Source of the DNA: an uncultured Acidobacteriota bacterium
GTDB taxonomy: Bacteria > Acidobacteriota > Thermoanaerobaculia > UBA5066 > Gp7-AA6
Length of the DNA: 64,000 bases
Reading direction: 5' to 3'
Assembly: GCA_963843325.1 (NCBI GenBank)
Contig: CAWJKC010000007.1
Span: 14,401 to 78,400 of the forward strand
Shown here: positions 21,434-31,842 of the stretch, piece by piece
Position numbering within the stretch: the stretch's first letter is position 1
How the letters are laid out: every line of letters starts with the position of its first letter
Program-made: the position numbers and the translations under genes
Notes under the pieces: model-generated
Told to the model about the DNA's origin: nothing
Databases searched by the model: none
Seen by the model: only the letters and a program-made list of their open reading frames with translations

Positions 21434-23658
21434 GAGCGCAGACCCTCCGAAGACTCGCGCGGCTGGCGTGGCCCGCCCTGCCGTGGGCGCTCGGCTGCGC
21501 GACGCCCGCGCCCCAGCCTCCGCCCGCGCAGCCCGCGCCCGTCGAGGCCCCGGTGCCGATCCCGGCCCTGCGCGTGTCGCCGCCGCCGGCGCCGGCTGCG
21601 CCGTCGGGCGTGCTCTACCGCGTCGGCATGAAGAGCGACCTGACGGAATTCGTGGCGGGAACGGCCGGGACGATCTGGGTCGTGGCCTCCGGGGACCGCG
21701 CGGAGCTCGTCCAGGGACCGGTCACGCTGCGCCCGGAAGGCGCCGCGGCCGCGAGCCTCTTCCAGGTCCAGGCGGGCGCGTTCTCGCAGGAGGACCCGGC
21801 AAAGAAGCTCGCCGAGCGGCTCGGCGCGAGCTTCCAGTCTTCGACGCAGATCGCGTTCTCGGCCGACCGCGGCCTCTACCGCGTGCTCCTCGGCGCCTTC
21901 CCGACGCGCGCGGAGGCGGACGCGTTCCTCGCGAAGCTCAAGGCCTCCGGCCAGGATGGCTTCGTCGTGCCCGGAGCCCCGGTGACCTCGGCCGCGCCGG
22001 CGACCATCTCGGTCACGGGCGGAGCGGGCGCCTCGCTCACGTTGCCGGCGCCCGTCGATCTCTACGCGCCCGCGCCCGACGTGCGCGTCGTCGTGGACGG
22101 CGTCGCGTACCGGGGCAGCCTCCGGATCCTCGTCAACCCGCGCGGGACGCTGAACGTCATCAACCGCGTGGACCTCGAGGAATACCTCTGGGGCGTCGTG
22201 CCCGCCGAGATGGGGCCCAAACGCTTCGACGCCATCGAGGGGCTCAAGGCGCAGGCCATCGCCGCGCGGACCTACGCGATGGCGCACCGCTCGCAGTTCG
22301 AGAGCGAGGGCTACGACATCTGTCCCGGGCCCAAGTGCCAGGCCTACGGCGGCGCGTCGGCGGAGGACCCGCTCTCGACCGCGGCGGTCGAGGGGACGCG
22401 CGGCCTCGTGCTCGCCTACCAGGGGCAGTTTGCCGACGCGCTCTTCGTCTCGACCTGCGGCGGCGTGACGGAGAACGTCGAGAACGTCTTTTCGGGCGGC
22501 CCGCTGCCATACCTCGTCTCGGTCCCCTGCGGCGAGCTGCCGACCGAGGAGCTGATCGGCGCCAAGGGCGCGTCGCCCGAACCCCGCACGCCGCTCGCCT
22601 GGCGCGGGTACGTGCTGCGCCGGCACACGCCGAAGAAGGCGGCGCCGCGCGCGGCCAGTCTCGAGCTCGCCCAGAGCTGGGCGGGCGTGCCGCGGCACGG
22701 CGCCGCTCCGTCGCGGCTTTCGCCTTCGGTCGTCTACCCGTCGCTGATCTCCGACTTCGGACTGACGGACTCACAGGTCCTGCACCTGACGCCGCCCGAC
22801 GAGCGGTACTACGCCGAGCCGCCTTCGGCCGTGGAAGGCCTGACCGGGCCGGCCCGCAGCGCGTACGAGTTCTTCCTGCGCTTCCGTTTCGCCGGCGACC
22901 TGATTCCTCCCTCCGACCGCGACCTCGACGAGGAGGAGTACGCGGGGCTGGCCTTCTCGGTGGCCCTGCGGCTGCTGGGGGTCACGGAAGGCTCGGGCCG
23001 CTTCCTTTCGCGCGAGGGCTCGAACCTCTGGGTCAAGACGACGGACGGCCGCGTGGGCCTGCCCGTCAATCCGGACATTCCGCTGGCGCGGCGGGTGGGC
23101 TCTTCCTACCACCCGACGACCGCGCTGACGCTGCGGCCGGGCGACAAGCTGCGCTGGTACCGCACGGGCACCCAGGTGCTCGCGCTGTGGGTCGAGATGG
23201 AAGCGGACGGTCCGGAGTACGAGCGCGACTCGGCGTGGACGGAGTGGGTCCGGCGCGTGCCCGCGCGCGAGCTCGCGCGGCGCATGGCGGGCCGCGTCGC
23301 CGGCAACGAGGTCCGGGAAGTGACCGTCACCAAGCGCAGCCCGACCGGGCGCGCGATCGAGATGCGCGTCAAGACCGACCTGGCCGAGGCGACCTTCAAG
23401 CGCTTCGATCTGCGCCAGGCCGTCGAGATGCCCGAAATGCTCTTCACGGTCTCGAAGGTCGACGGCGCCGACGGCCAGGCGGAGTTCGTGTTCCTCGGCC
23501 GCGGCTGGGGCCACGGCGTCGGCATGTGTCAAAACGGCGCCTTCGGCATGGCCCTGGCCGGCCAGACCTACGACCAGATCCTGCGCCACTACTACACCAA
23601 CATCGAAATCGTCCCGGCTTCCACCGTGACCGTCCCGGCCGCCCCCTCCTCACGCTGA
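21430..23658 (+). CDS. SpoIID/LytB-domain lipoprotein with an internal SPOR domain
   Basis: TTG 21430 overlaps the preceding stop (TTGA). The signal peptide plus lipobox is LPWALGC. The SPOR-like segment is FQVQAGAFS..YRVLLGAFPTRAEADAFLAKLK. SpoIID motifs are EEYLWGVVPAEM, ALKAQAIAARTYA, STCGGVTEN and GRGWGHGVGMCQNGA. The 742-aa frame is intact. Confidence 0.85.
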   Translation: MRAQTLRRLARLAWPALPWALGCATPAPQPPPAQPAPVEAPVPIPALRVSPPPAPAAPSGVLYRVGMKSDLTEFVAGTAGTIWVVASGDRAELVQGPVTLRPEGAAAASLFQVQAGAFSQEDPAKKLAERLGASFQSSTQIAFSADRGLYRVLLGAFPTRAEADAFLAKLKASGQDGFVVPGAPVTSAAPATISVTGGAGASLTLPAPVDLYAPAPDVRVVVDGVAYRGSLRILVNPRGTLNVINRVDLEEYLWGVVPAEMGPKRFDAIEGLKAQAIAARTYAMAHRSQFESEGYDICPGPKCQAYGGASAEDPLSTAAVEGTRGLVLAYQGQFADALFVSTCGGVTENVENVFSGGPLPYLVSVPCGELPTEELIGAKGASPEPRTPLAWRGYVLRRHTPKKAAPRAASLELAQSWAGVPRHGAAPSRLSPSVVYPSLISDFGLTDSQVLHLTPPDERYYAEPPSAVEGLTGPARSAYEFFLRFRFAGDLIPPSDRDLDEEEYAGLAFSVALRLLGVTEGSGRFLSREGSNLWVKTTDGRVGLPVNPDIPLARRVGSSYHPTTALTLRPGDKLRWYRTGTQVLALWVEMEADGPEYERDSAWTEWVRRVPARELARRMAGRVAGNEVREVTVTKRSPTGRAIEMRVKTDLAEATFKRFDLRQAVEMPEMLFTVSKVDGADGQAEFVFLGRGWGHGVGMCQNGAFGMALAGQTYDQILRHYYTNIEIVPASTVTVPAAPSSR

Positions 23659-23680
23659 GAGCCACCCCCGGCGGATAAGT

Positions 23681-23816
23681 CTCGCGGCGCGAATAGTCTC
23701 CCGACCGGAGGGAGGGAGGAGGTTCGCGCCGCGGGAGCCGAAGCGCAGCGAGGGGGCCAGGCGGCCGGTCGAGCCCGCATCCGGGCGAGCCGGCCGCCGG
23801 TGCGCCGCAGGCGCAG
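23681..23816 (-). repeat. Structured intergenic repeat, copy 2 (inverted relative to copy 1)
   Basis: Its reverse complement aligns with 12538-12671. The plus strand carries GGAGGGAGGGAGGAGG. Confidence 0.85.
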
Positions 23817-23859
23817 GCCCCCCGAGCGAAGCGGAGGCGACGAGATAGAATTGGTCGAA

Positions 23860-25006
23860 ATGAGTACCGCCATTTCCTCCGAACGCGAGGCCATCATCCG
23901 GACGCTTCGTGATTTCTGCGACGCCGAAATCCGGCCCCACGTCATGAAGTGGGACGAGGCCCAGGAGTTCCCGAGCGAGGTGTTCCGCAAGCTCGGCGAG
24001 CTCGGCTTCCTGGGCGTGCTCTTCCCCGAGAAGCTCGGCGGGGCGGGGCTTTCCTACATGGACTACCAGGCGATCATCGAGGAAGTCTCCTGCGCGGACC
24101 CGTCGGTCGCGCTGTCGCTCGCGGCCCACAACAGCCTCGGCTCGAACCACATCTACCAGTTCGGCACCGACGCGCAGCGGCAGAAGTACGTCCCGAAGCT
24201 GGCGTCCGGAGAATGGCTCGCGGCCTGGGGGCTCACGGAGTCCGAGGCCGGGTCGGATTCGAGCGGCACGCGCACGACGGCCGTCCGCGACGGCGAGACC
24301 TGGGTCCTGAACGGCTCGAAGAACTTCATCACGAACGCTTCGGTCGGCCGCGTCGCGGTGCTCATGGCGGTCACCGATCGGTCCAAGGGCAACAAGGGGA
24401 TCTCGGCCTTCATCGTCGAGCTCGACAACCCGGGCATCCGCGTCGGCAAGAAGGAAAACAAGCTCGGCATGCGCGCCTCGGACACCTGCACGCTGGTGAT
24501 GGAGGACTGCCGCGTTCCCGCCGCGAACCTGCTCGGGTCGCTCGGCTCCGGCTGGGTCGACTCGATGAAGATCCTGGACGGCGGCCGCATCTCGATCGCG
24601 GCGCTGTCGGTCGGACTCGCGCGCGGCGCGTACGAGGCGGCGCTCTCCTATTCGCGCGAGCGCAAGCAGTTCGGCAAGGCGATCTCCGAATTCCAGGCGA
24701 TCCAGTTCTACCTCGCCGAGATGGCGACGGAGATCGACGCCGCGCGCCTGCTGACGGAGCGGGCGGCGGCGGCCAAGGATGCGGGGCAGCCCGTCACGCA
24801 AGCTCTCGGCGATGGCCAAGCTCTATGCCTCCGAGATCGCGGTCCGGGCGACCGACCGCGCGATCCAGATCTACGGCGGCTACGGGTTCACGAAGGACTT
24901 CCCGGTCGAGAAGTACTACCGCGACGTCAAGCTCTGCACGATCGGCGAAGGCACGAGCGAGATCCAGAAGCTCGTCATCGCCAAGCAGCTGCTGGGCGGC
25001 GCGTGA
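23860..25006 (+). CDS. Acyl-CoA dehydrogenase, one frame break
   Basis: Matches include [16 protein letters not shown] and [16 protein letters not shown]. After the junction [16 protein letters not shown] near 24800, the sequence continues [19 protein letters not shown]. Confidence 0.9.
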
Positions 25007-25060
25007 GCCTCGGGTTCGGCCGCGGCGTCCGAGGAGCTCGCCCGCGGCGTCCTCGCGGGG

Positions 25061-26001
25061 ATGGCGCGCCCGATCGGCCGCGCGATCTCCGAGGTCGAGC
25101 GCGATTCGGGAACGGTCCCCGACATCCTGCGCCGCCTCTTCCCGCGCACCGGGCGCGCGCGGATCATCGGCATCACGGGGCCTCCCGGCGCCGGCAAGTC
25201 GACGCTCGTCCAGCGTCTCGCGCAGGCGTATCGGAAGCAGGGCCGGCGCGTCGGCATCGTCGCCGTGGACCCGTCCTCGCCCTTCACGGGCGGCGCGATC
25301 CTCGGCGACCGCATCCGGATGGCCGAGATCTACACGGATCCGGGCGTCTTCATCCGCTCGATGGCCACGCGCGGCGCCCTCGGCGGGCTCGCCCGCTCGA
25401 CCAGCGACGCCGTCGACGTGCTCGACGCCGCCGGCTTCGACGTGGTCGTGATCGAGACGGTCGGCGTGGGCCAGGACGAGGTGGACATCGTCCGCGCCGC
25501 GGACACCGTCGCCGTGGTGCTCGTGCCGGGCCTCGGCGACGACATCCAGGCCATCAAGGCCGGCATCCTCGAGATCGCCGACGTGTTCGTCGTGAACAAG
25601 GCCGACCGCGAAGGGCTCGGACCGCGTCGTGGCGGAGCTCTCGATGATGCTCGACTTCGCGGGCCATCCCGCGTGGAGGCCTCCGATCGTGAAGACCTCG
25701 GCCACGACGGCGACCGGCGTGGCGGAGGCGATCAAGGCGCTCGAGGCGCACGGCGCGTTCCTGACGCGAGTCCGGCGAGGGCCCGAAGCGCCGCGCGCTG
25801 CGGGCGCGCTCCCGCCTGCTGGCCCTGGTCGAGGGCCGCTTCCGGCGGGCGGTGGAGGCGCGGGCGCCCGAGCCGAACGGGCTCGAGGAGGCCGTGCGCG
25901 CGGTCGTCGCGCGGCAGGAAGACCCGTACTCGGCGGCCGGACGGCTCTTCGAGACGGTCGTCGGCGCCCAGCGCGAGGCGGCCGGGAAGGCGCCGGCGTG
26001 A
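25061..26001 (+). CDS. meaB: Methylmalonyl-CoA mutase-associated GTPase MeaB/ArgK, two frame breaks
   Basis: Matches include GITGPPGAGKSTL, DPSSPFTGGAILGDRIRM, IETVGVGQ and VVNKAD. The pieces lie in ORFs 25061- and 25629-, plus a last frame that ends at TGA 25999-26001. The true start may be GTG 25003, which would add one more shift. Confidence 0.9.
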
Positions 26002-26405
26002 CGGCCTACAAGATCGACCACCTCGGCATCGCGGTCGACTCGATCGACGACGCGCTCGCCGTCTACCGCGCCCTCGGGCTCGTCGAAGAGAAGCGCGAGG
26101 AAGTGCCGGGCCAGAAGGTCGTCGCGGCGTTCCTGCCGGTCGGCGAGAGCCGCATCGAGCTGCTCGAGGCGACGTCGCCGGACTCGCCCGTCGCGAAGTT
26201 CCTGGCCAAGCGCGGCGAGGGAATCCACCACGTCTGCTTCGCCGTGCCCGACCTCGACGCGGCGCTCGCGGACCTCGCGTCGAAGGGCTTCCGGCTCATC
26301 CACTCGACCGGCGTCCCGGGCGCCGGCGGCAAGCGCGTCGCGTTCCTCCACCCGGAGGCCGGCCGCGGCGTCCTGATCGAGCTTTCCGAGAAGGGGAAGG
26401 CATGA
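25998..26405 (+). CDS. mce: Methylmalonyl-CoA epimerase (VOC/glyoxalase fold)
   Basis: GTG 25998 overlaps the meaB stop. Matches include KIDHLGIAVDSIDDAL..GESRIELLE..SPVAKFLAKRGEGIHHVCFAV. The frame is intact. Confidence 0.9.
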   Translation: MTAYKIDHLGIAVDSIDDALAVYRALGLVEEKREEVPGQKVVAAFLPVGESRIELLEATSPDSPVAKFLAKRGEGIHHVCFAVPDLDAALADLASKGFRLIHSTGVPGAGGKRVAFLHPEAGRGVLIELSEKGKA

Positions 26406-26728
26406 AAGTCGGCGAGTTCGTGATCGTCCACCTGGTCGGCCCGAAGGAGAAGTTCTGGGGGATCCTCAAGGATCGCGACGCCTCCGGCGTCACGGTTCGC
26501 GGCCTCTCGCTCGAGGGCTTCGACGACTGGCTGCGCGAGGTCGCGCGGCGCGACAGCGTGACCGTCCTGCCCTCGACCGTGTTCTTTCCCCTCCACCGCG
26601 TCGAGCGGATCTTCCTCGACGAGACCGCCGGCGATTTCGTGTCCCTCGCCGACCGCTTCAAGCGCGCGGTGGGGGAGGACGCGAGGTACTACCTCACGCC
26701 GATGCCGGACACGCTCGACGCGGGGTAG
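26402..26728 (+). CDS. Hypothetical protein (108 aa), translationally coupled to mce
   Basis: ATG 26402 overlaps the mce stop (ATGA). Third-position G/C is high throughout. I recognise no domain. Confidence 0.5.
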   Translation: MKVGEFVIVHLVGPKEKFWGILKDRDASGVTVRGLSLEGFDDWLREVARRDSVTVLPSTVFFPLHRVERIFLDETAGDFVSLADRFKRAVGEDARYYLTPMPDTLDAG

Positions 26729-26773
26729 CAGCGCTCCGAGGCGGAGCGTGGAGATGAGGTCAGGCTGCAGCAC

Positions 26774-28590
26774 TTGCTTTCCTTTCTCCTCGCGCACGCG
26801 GCTGCACTGGCACTGATCGCGGTCGCCGCCTTCGGCGCGGGGAGCCTCGTCCTTCGGCCGCTCCGATTCAGTTCGCCCCTGGAACAGGTCGTGACAGGCA
26901 CCACGCTGGGCCTCGGCGTGATCGGAACGCTGATGTTCCTGTTGGGGCTGGCGGGTGGGTTGTCATGGTGGCCCGTCGTTCTGACTCTCGGGGGCGCGGC
27001 AACATGGGGGCTTCACAGCTGCCGGCCTTTGCTCGCCGCGATGACCCGAGAGGGTTGGGAGCGGCAGAGGACCCTGAAGACGTTGACGACCGCCGGGCTG
27101 GCCCTCCTCGTCCTGGCGCCGGTCCTGTACGGAGCCCTGTATCCGCCGACGACCTACGACGCGCTCAACTATCACCTGCCGGTCCGCCAGGTCGTACCTG
27201 CTGGCGCACCGGGTACGACCGGTCCCGAACCTGCGATTTCCGGTCCTGCCGGCGCTCGGCGAGATGCTCTTTGCCGCAGCCATGCTCATCGGCGACGACG
27301 TGACGGCGCAACTGGTCGAGTTCCTGTTCCTTCGTTCTGGTGCTGGCGGCGCTCGTTTCATGGGCGCAGCGGCTCGGAAGGCCGCTCACCGGAACATGGA
27401 GCGTCGGGCTCCTGGCGGGGACTCCGTTGTTCATGACGCTCGGCTCGATGGCGTACGTCGACGTCGGCCTCATGGCGTTCGCGACCCTCGGGTTCTACGC
27501 GCTGTACGGGTACGCGGTGACAGGCGAACGAGGGTGGCTGATTCTGGCCGGAGCGTTTGGAGGGTGCGCGGCGGGAACGAAGCACTCGGGGCTCGTCGTG
27601 GTCGTCCTCTTCGCGGCGTGGGCGTTCGTCGTGGCGACGTCGGCATGGGATGCGCCCGCGAGAACTTGTGGCCGTTCGCGGCGGCGACGGTGGTCTTCGG
27701 CGCGCCGTGGTACCTGTGGATCGCGTACTGCACCGCCAACCCGATCTGGCCATTTCTCGGACGGCGGGTGGGCCACGGTTTCTGGAACGATGCGGACTAC
27801 GCCTGGCTCGACTGGTTTCTCCGGAGTTACGGTTGGGGCCGGACCCTCCGGTCGCTCCTCCTGTTGCCGTGGAATCTTGCGTTCGGTCAGCCGATCGGAG
27901 AGATTCGTCTACAGCCGGCGCCGTTCCTGCTGATTCCGGTCACCGTCTGGTGGGCCTTCCGCAGGAAAACGGGGCGGCTTCTTCTCGCTGCGATCGCTGC
28001 CTACGTCCTGTTCTGGTTCTCCACGTCGCAGCAGCTCCGGTTTCTCGTGCCGGTACTTCCGGTGCTCGTTTTCCTGGACGCGCGGGCCCTCGACGAGTTG
28101 ACGGCGGCGGCGCGACGGCGCCTTCCGTCCTGGGCGCAGGGGGCGATCGCCGCGTTGGTGTTCATCGCCTTTTCCTTCCCCCTCCTCGGAACGTACCGGG
28201 CCGTGCTTCAGAATGGTCCGCTGCCGACGACCCGCGCTGCGCGAGAGGCGTTTCTGCGCGGGCGCCTTCCCTCGTACTCGATCTACAGCGACCTGAATCG
28301 CCGCTACGGGCGCGGCTACACGATCTATGCGCTCCACGACGAAGGCATGAAGTACTACTGCGACGGGATCGCGGTCGGGGACTGGTTCGGCGATGGTCGC
28401 TACGGGGACATTCCGATGGACGATGCGCCGCGGCTGTTATCAGGCCCTCCGCAAACTGAACGCGGGCTTTCTGCTCGTCAGATCGGAGCCGCGGGTCGCG
28501 GCGCTCGCTGCGGCGTCCGACCACTTGTTCGAGAGCGTCTACAAGGATGGAGACATCGAGGTCTTCCGACTGCTCCGGGGCCCCGATTGA
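26774..28590 (+). CDS. Polytopic membrane glycosyltransferase, GT-C fold (PMT_2/ArnT-like), about 5 frame breaks
   Basis: About 10 or more TM segments are followed by a soluble C-terminal domain. The pieces lie in ORFs 26774-, 27264-, 27340-, 27557- and 28393-28590. The family assignment rests on architecture and is tentative. Confidence 0.6.
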
Positions 28591-28683
28591 CCGGTCCGGG
28601 TGGGGCGGGATGACCGCGGCGAGAAGCGGTCGAGCTCAGCGCGGACGCCCCGAGCGACGTATTCTCTGAGCGAGGGAATACGA

Positions 28684-29148
28684 ATGGCACTCCATGCCCG
28701 GGGTCGCGCTTCGGTTCTCTCCCTGGCTTTCGCTGTCGCGGCGCTGACAGTCGGCACGGCGTGCAAGGATTCCGAGAGCGTCACCGGCCCGAGCCCGCCG
28801 CCAACCCCGGCTCCGGTCATCGCCGGGGACTGGACGGGTTCGTACAGCAGCTATCTCATGGTGCTCTGCGTCCAGACCGAAGCGGGCACGGCAACCGCTT
28901 CGCTCACGCAGAACGGAGCCACGGTCACCGGCACGCTCGTCGCCAGAGGCGGGTCCTGCGGGTTCAATGGACGTGTTCAAGCCGATCGCAGCGGCAATCA
29001 GCTGACGGGAACGGTCACCGACGGTGCCTACGTGGGCACTCTCGACGGCGTGCTCACCGGCGCCGAGCTGCAGCTGACGGTTGGAATCCTGTCCAATGCG
29101 TCGGGGGCGACGATGAGCGGCGGCACCGCTGATCTGCATCGCCCGTGA
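28684..29148 (+). CDS. Putative lipoprotein
   Basis: The signal peptide ends LTVGTAC. A Gly/Thr-rich, beta-type sequence follows. A GAGGGAA Shine-Dalgarno sequence lies upstream of ATG 28684. Confidence 0.5.
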   Translation: MALHARGRASVLSLAFAVAALTVGTACKDSESVTGPSPPPTPAPVIAGDWTGSYSSYLMVLCVQTEAGTATASLTQNGATVTGTLVARGGSCGFNGRVQADRSGNQLTGTVTDGAYVGTLDGVLTGAELQLTVGILSNASGATMSGGTADLHRP

Positions 29149-30637
29149 CGGATCGGGGCAGGGCGGTGCGCGTCGCGTGCGGTGTCGCCGTCGCCGCGGC
29201 CCTCGCGGTCTACGGCGTCTACCTCTGCCCGCCACGTCTGTTTCGCGGTCGGCGGCTCGGACAGCTCCGGCTATGCGAACACGGCGCGCGCCATCTCGCG
29301 CGGCCAGCTCGTCGAACCGATCGACGCGCTCGCGCGCTTTCACCTTCCCGAATCCATGGCCGCGGTCTTCACGCCGCTGGGCTTCGTTCACGGCCCGCGG
29401 GACGGCACGCTCGCGCCGTTCTACCCGGTCGGGTTTCCGCTGCACCTGGCGGCCGCGGGCGCGTTTTTCGAGTGGGGGACCGCACCGTACCTGGTGAGCC
29501 CGCCTGTTCGCGCTTCTGTCGCTCGTCCTGGTGTATTTCGTTGGACGGCGGCTGGGGCTCGCCCGGTGGGCCGCGCGCGGGTGCGTCCGCGATCCTCGCC
29601 GCCTGTCCGGTCTTCGTGTTCCAGGCGATCCAGCCGATGAGCGACGTCGTCGCGACGTTCTGGGTCCTGGCTGCGGTCCTGTGCGCGCTCCTGTCGCGCG
29701 ACGACCGGCGCTGGGCTCTCGCCGCCGGCTTCTGCTTCGGCGCAGCGGTCCTGGTGCGGCCCTCCAACGTCCTGCTCGCTCGTGCCCCTCCTGTTCGCGC
29801 TGCGCTGGGACCGGCGGAGCCTCGCCGCATTCGTGGCCGGGGGGATTCCGTGCGCCGCGGTCTTTCTCGGCTACAACTCCCTCTGCTACGGCAGCCCGTT
29901 CGAGACGGGGTATGGAATGACCGGGCACTGGGGGGCGCTGGCCTGGGCGAACGCGCGAACGCGCGTCGTCGATTACTCGATATGGACGTCGCAGATCCTG
30001 ACGCCCGTGGTCTGTCTCGGCTGGCTCGGAGCGCTGCTCGATCGGAAGATCGCTGCCCGGGAGCGCGCCCTGCTGGGCTCGTGGTTCGCGGTTCTCTTCG
30101 TCTTCTACATTTTCTACGCTCCGCGCCGACGTCTGGTGGTACACCCGCTTCCTGCTTCCGGGGCTTCCCGCGCTGCCGCTCGGATTTTTCCTGCTGGTCC
30201 GCGACGTCTCGCGGGCCGGGCGTTCGCGCGCGTGGCCGCGGATCGTCGAGGCGGCGGCGGCCATCGCCCTCCTGCTGATCGTCCGTGCCGGGTTTCGCGC
30301 CACGCGGGAGCTCAACGTTCTCGAGATGCCGCGAATGCAGGCGGCCTTCCCGCAGGGCTGCGCGCTGGCCTCGAGCCAGCTTCCGGCCGGGGCCCTCGTG
30401 CTCTCGAGGGAGATGAGCGGTGCGTTGCGCTACTACACGGGCCTGACGCCGGTGCGCTGGGACGCCCTCGACCCGGCGGCGTTCCAGTCTCTGCGCGCCC
30501 GGACCGAGGCGGCCGGCGGCCGCTGGTTTGCGCTGCTGATGAAGTTCGAGATCGACTATGCCGCGCCGGGACTTCCGGGGAACTGGACGTTTCTCGGCGA
30601 AACCGGATCGGTCAGCCTGTGGCGGCTGGAGCGCTGA
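29145..30637 (+). CDS. Second GT-C-like polytopic membrane protein, about 5 frame breaks
   Basis: GTG 29145 overlaps the preceding stop. The N-terminal loop is GGSDSSGYANTARAI and multiple TM helices follow. The pieces lie in ORFs 29145-, 29182-, 29531-, 29782- and 30326-30637. Confidence 0.55.
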
Positions 30638-30640
30638 GGC

Positions 30641-31081
30641 CTAGGCGCGCTGGTGGTCCGCCTGCCAGTTGCGGATCCGGCGCTTGATCTCCTTGCGCTG
30701 CGGTGATGTTCTTCTCGAGGACCTCGCGCACGAGGGCGGGCAGCTCGTCGTCGCTCGCGAACCGCAAGTCCCACGAGCTGCTCGACGGAGAGACCGGGGA
30801 TCCGGGCGTGCAGGTCCGCCGACAGCAGCCGCTCCAGGCGCAGGCGCATCTCGAGGCGGATGACGCGGTCCTGGACCGCCAGCGCGAAGGTGCGCGCGTA
30901 GATCGCCATCCCGAACAGCGCGAAGGCCACGAGCACGGCGAGCAGCGTCGGCCAGGCCGGCGCCTTGAAGACCTGCCAGAGCGACCAGATCAGGTTGACG
31001 AGGAGGATCGGGAGCACGACGAAGTGGAACGGCGGGACCCACCGCGCATGGTGCTGCGAACGACTGCGTCCCGTCGCTCAC
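30641..31081 (-). CDS. Hypothetical membrane protein, about 3 frame breaks
   Basis: The N-terminus MSDGTQSFAA.., two TM helices (ORF 30556-31017) and the tail QRKEIKRRIRNWQADHQRA are spread over several frames. Confidence 0.45.
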   Translation of the reverse strand: MSDGTQSFAAPCAVGPAVPLRRAPDPPRQPDLVALAGLQGAGLADAARRARGLRAVRDGDLRAHLRAGGPGPRHPPRDAPAPGAAAVGGPARPDPRSLRRAARGTCGSRATTSCPPSCARSSRRTSPQRKEIKRRIRNWQADHQRA

Positions 31082-31805
31082 AGCGCGACGTTCTTGACGT
31101 AGTAGTCCGCCGCGGACACCTGGCCGTTGACGAGCAGGCGCGCCTGCTCGGGCGACATCTCGAGCGTGCCGCCGGATTCGCCGGCCGAGGTCGTCAGGAT
31201 GATCTGGATGGTCACCGGCACGCCGCGGCTCGAGGGATCCGAGAGGGCGCGCGCGGCCGCGTTCATGGCGTTGAAGACGGCTTCCTCGGTGTTCGCCGTG
31301 ACGAGCAGGCGCATCTTGCCGCGGAAGTTCGTCAGCTTGTACTGCGTGATGCCCGCGCCGTCGAAGACCTTGGTGAAGGCGGACTGGAGGTTCGCGTCGA
31401 CCGCCTGGAACGAGGGCCCCTCGCCGTCGGCGGCGGCTTCTCGGCCTGGCCCGACGGAAGGGCCATGCGCGGCTTCTTGTCGCGGATGTAGTCCTGCAGG
31501 CGCGGCACCGCGGCGGAGGCCGCGTTGGGGATCGCCGTCGGCTTGCGGCTCTCCGGCGTGTCGAGCGCGACGACGTTGCCGAAGTTCTCCTTGTTGTACG
31601 TCTCGGAGCCGTCGACGTCGATCTGGTCGAGCTTGATCGCCGTCACCGTGCCGTTCTCGAGCGTGATGATGGCCTTGTCGCCCTTCACGGTGTACTTCAC
31701 CCGGGCGAAGATCAGCGAGCCGTCCTTCAGCTTGACGACGTAGGCGAGCGCCGACGAGGCGGCGAGGACGAACGCGAGCACCGCCAGAAACAGGCTCTTT
31801 CTCAC
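31078..31805 (-). CDS. Hypothetical secreted protein, one frame break
   Basis: GTG 31805 is preceded by a GGAGGAGG Shine-Dalgarno sequence. The signal peptide is VRKSLFLAVLAFVLAASSALA. The C-terminal half is ORF 31078-31314. The junction near 31470 looks like a 2-nt gain or a 1-nt loss. Confidence 0.5.
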
Positions 31806-31842
31806 GACCGCGAAGCCTCCTCCGTCCGCAAACGGACGGCGT

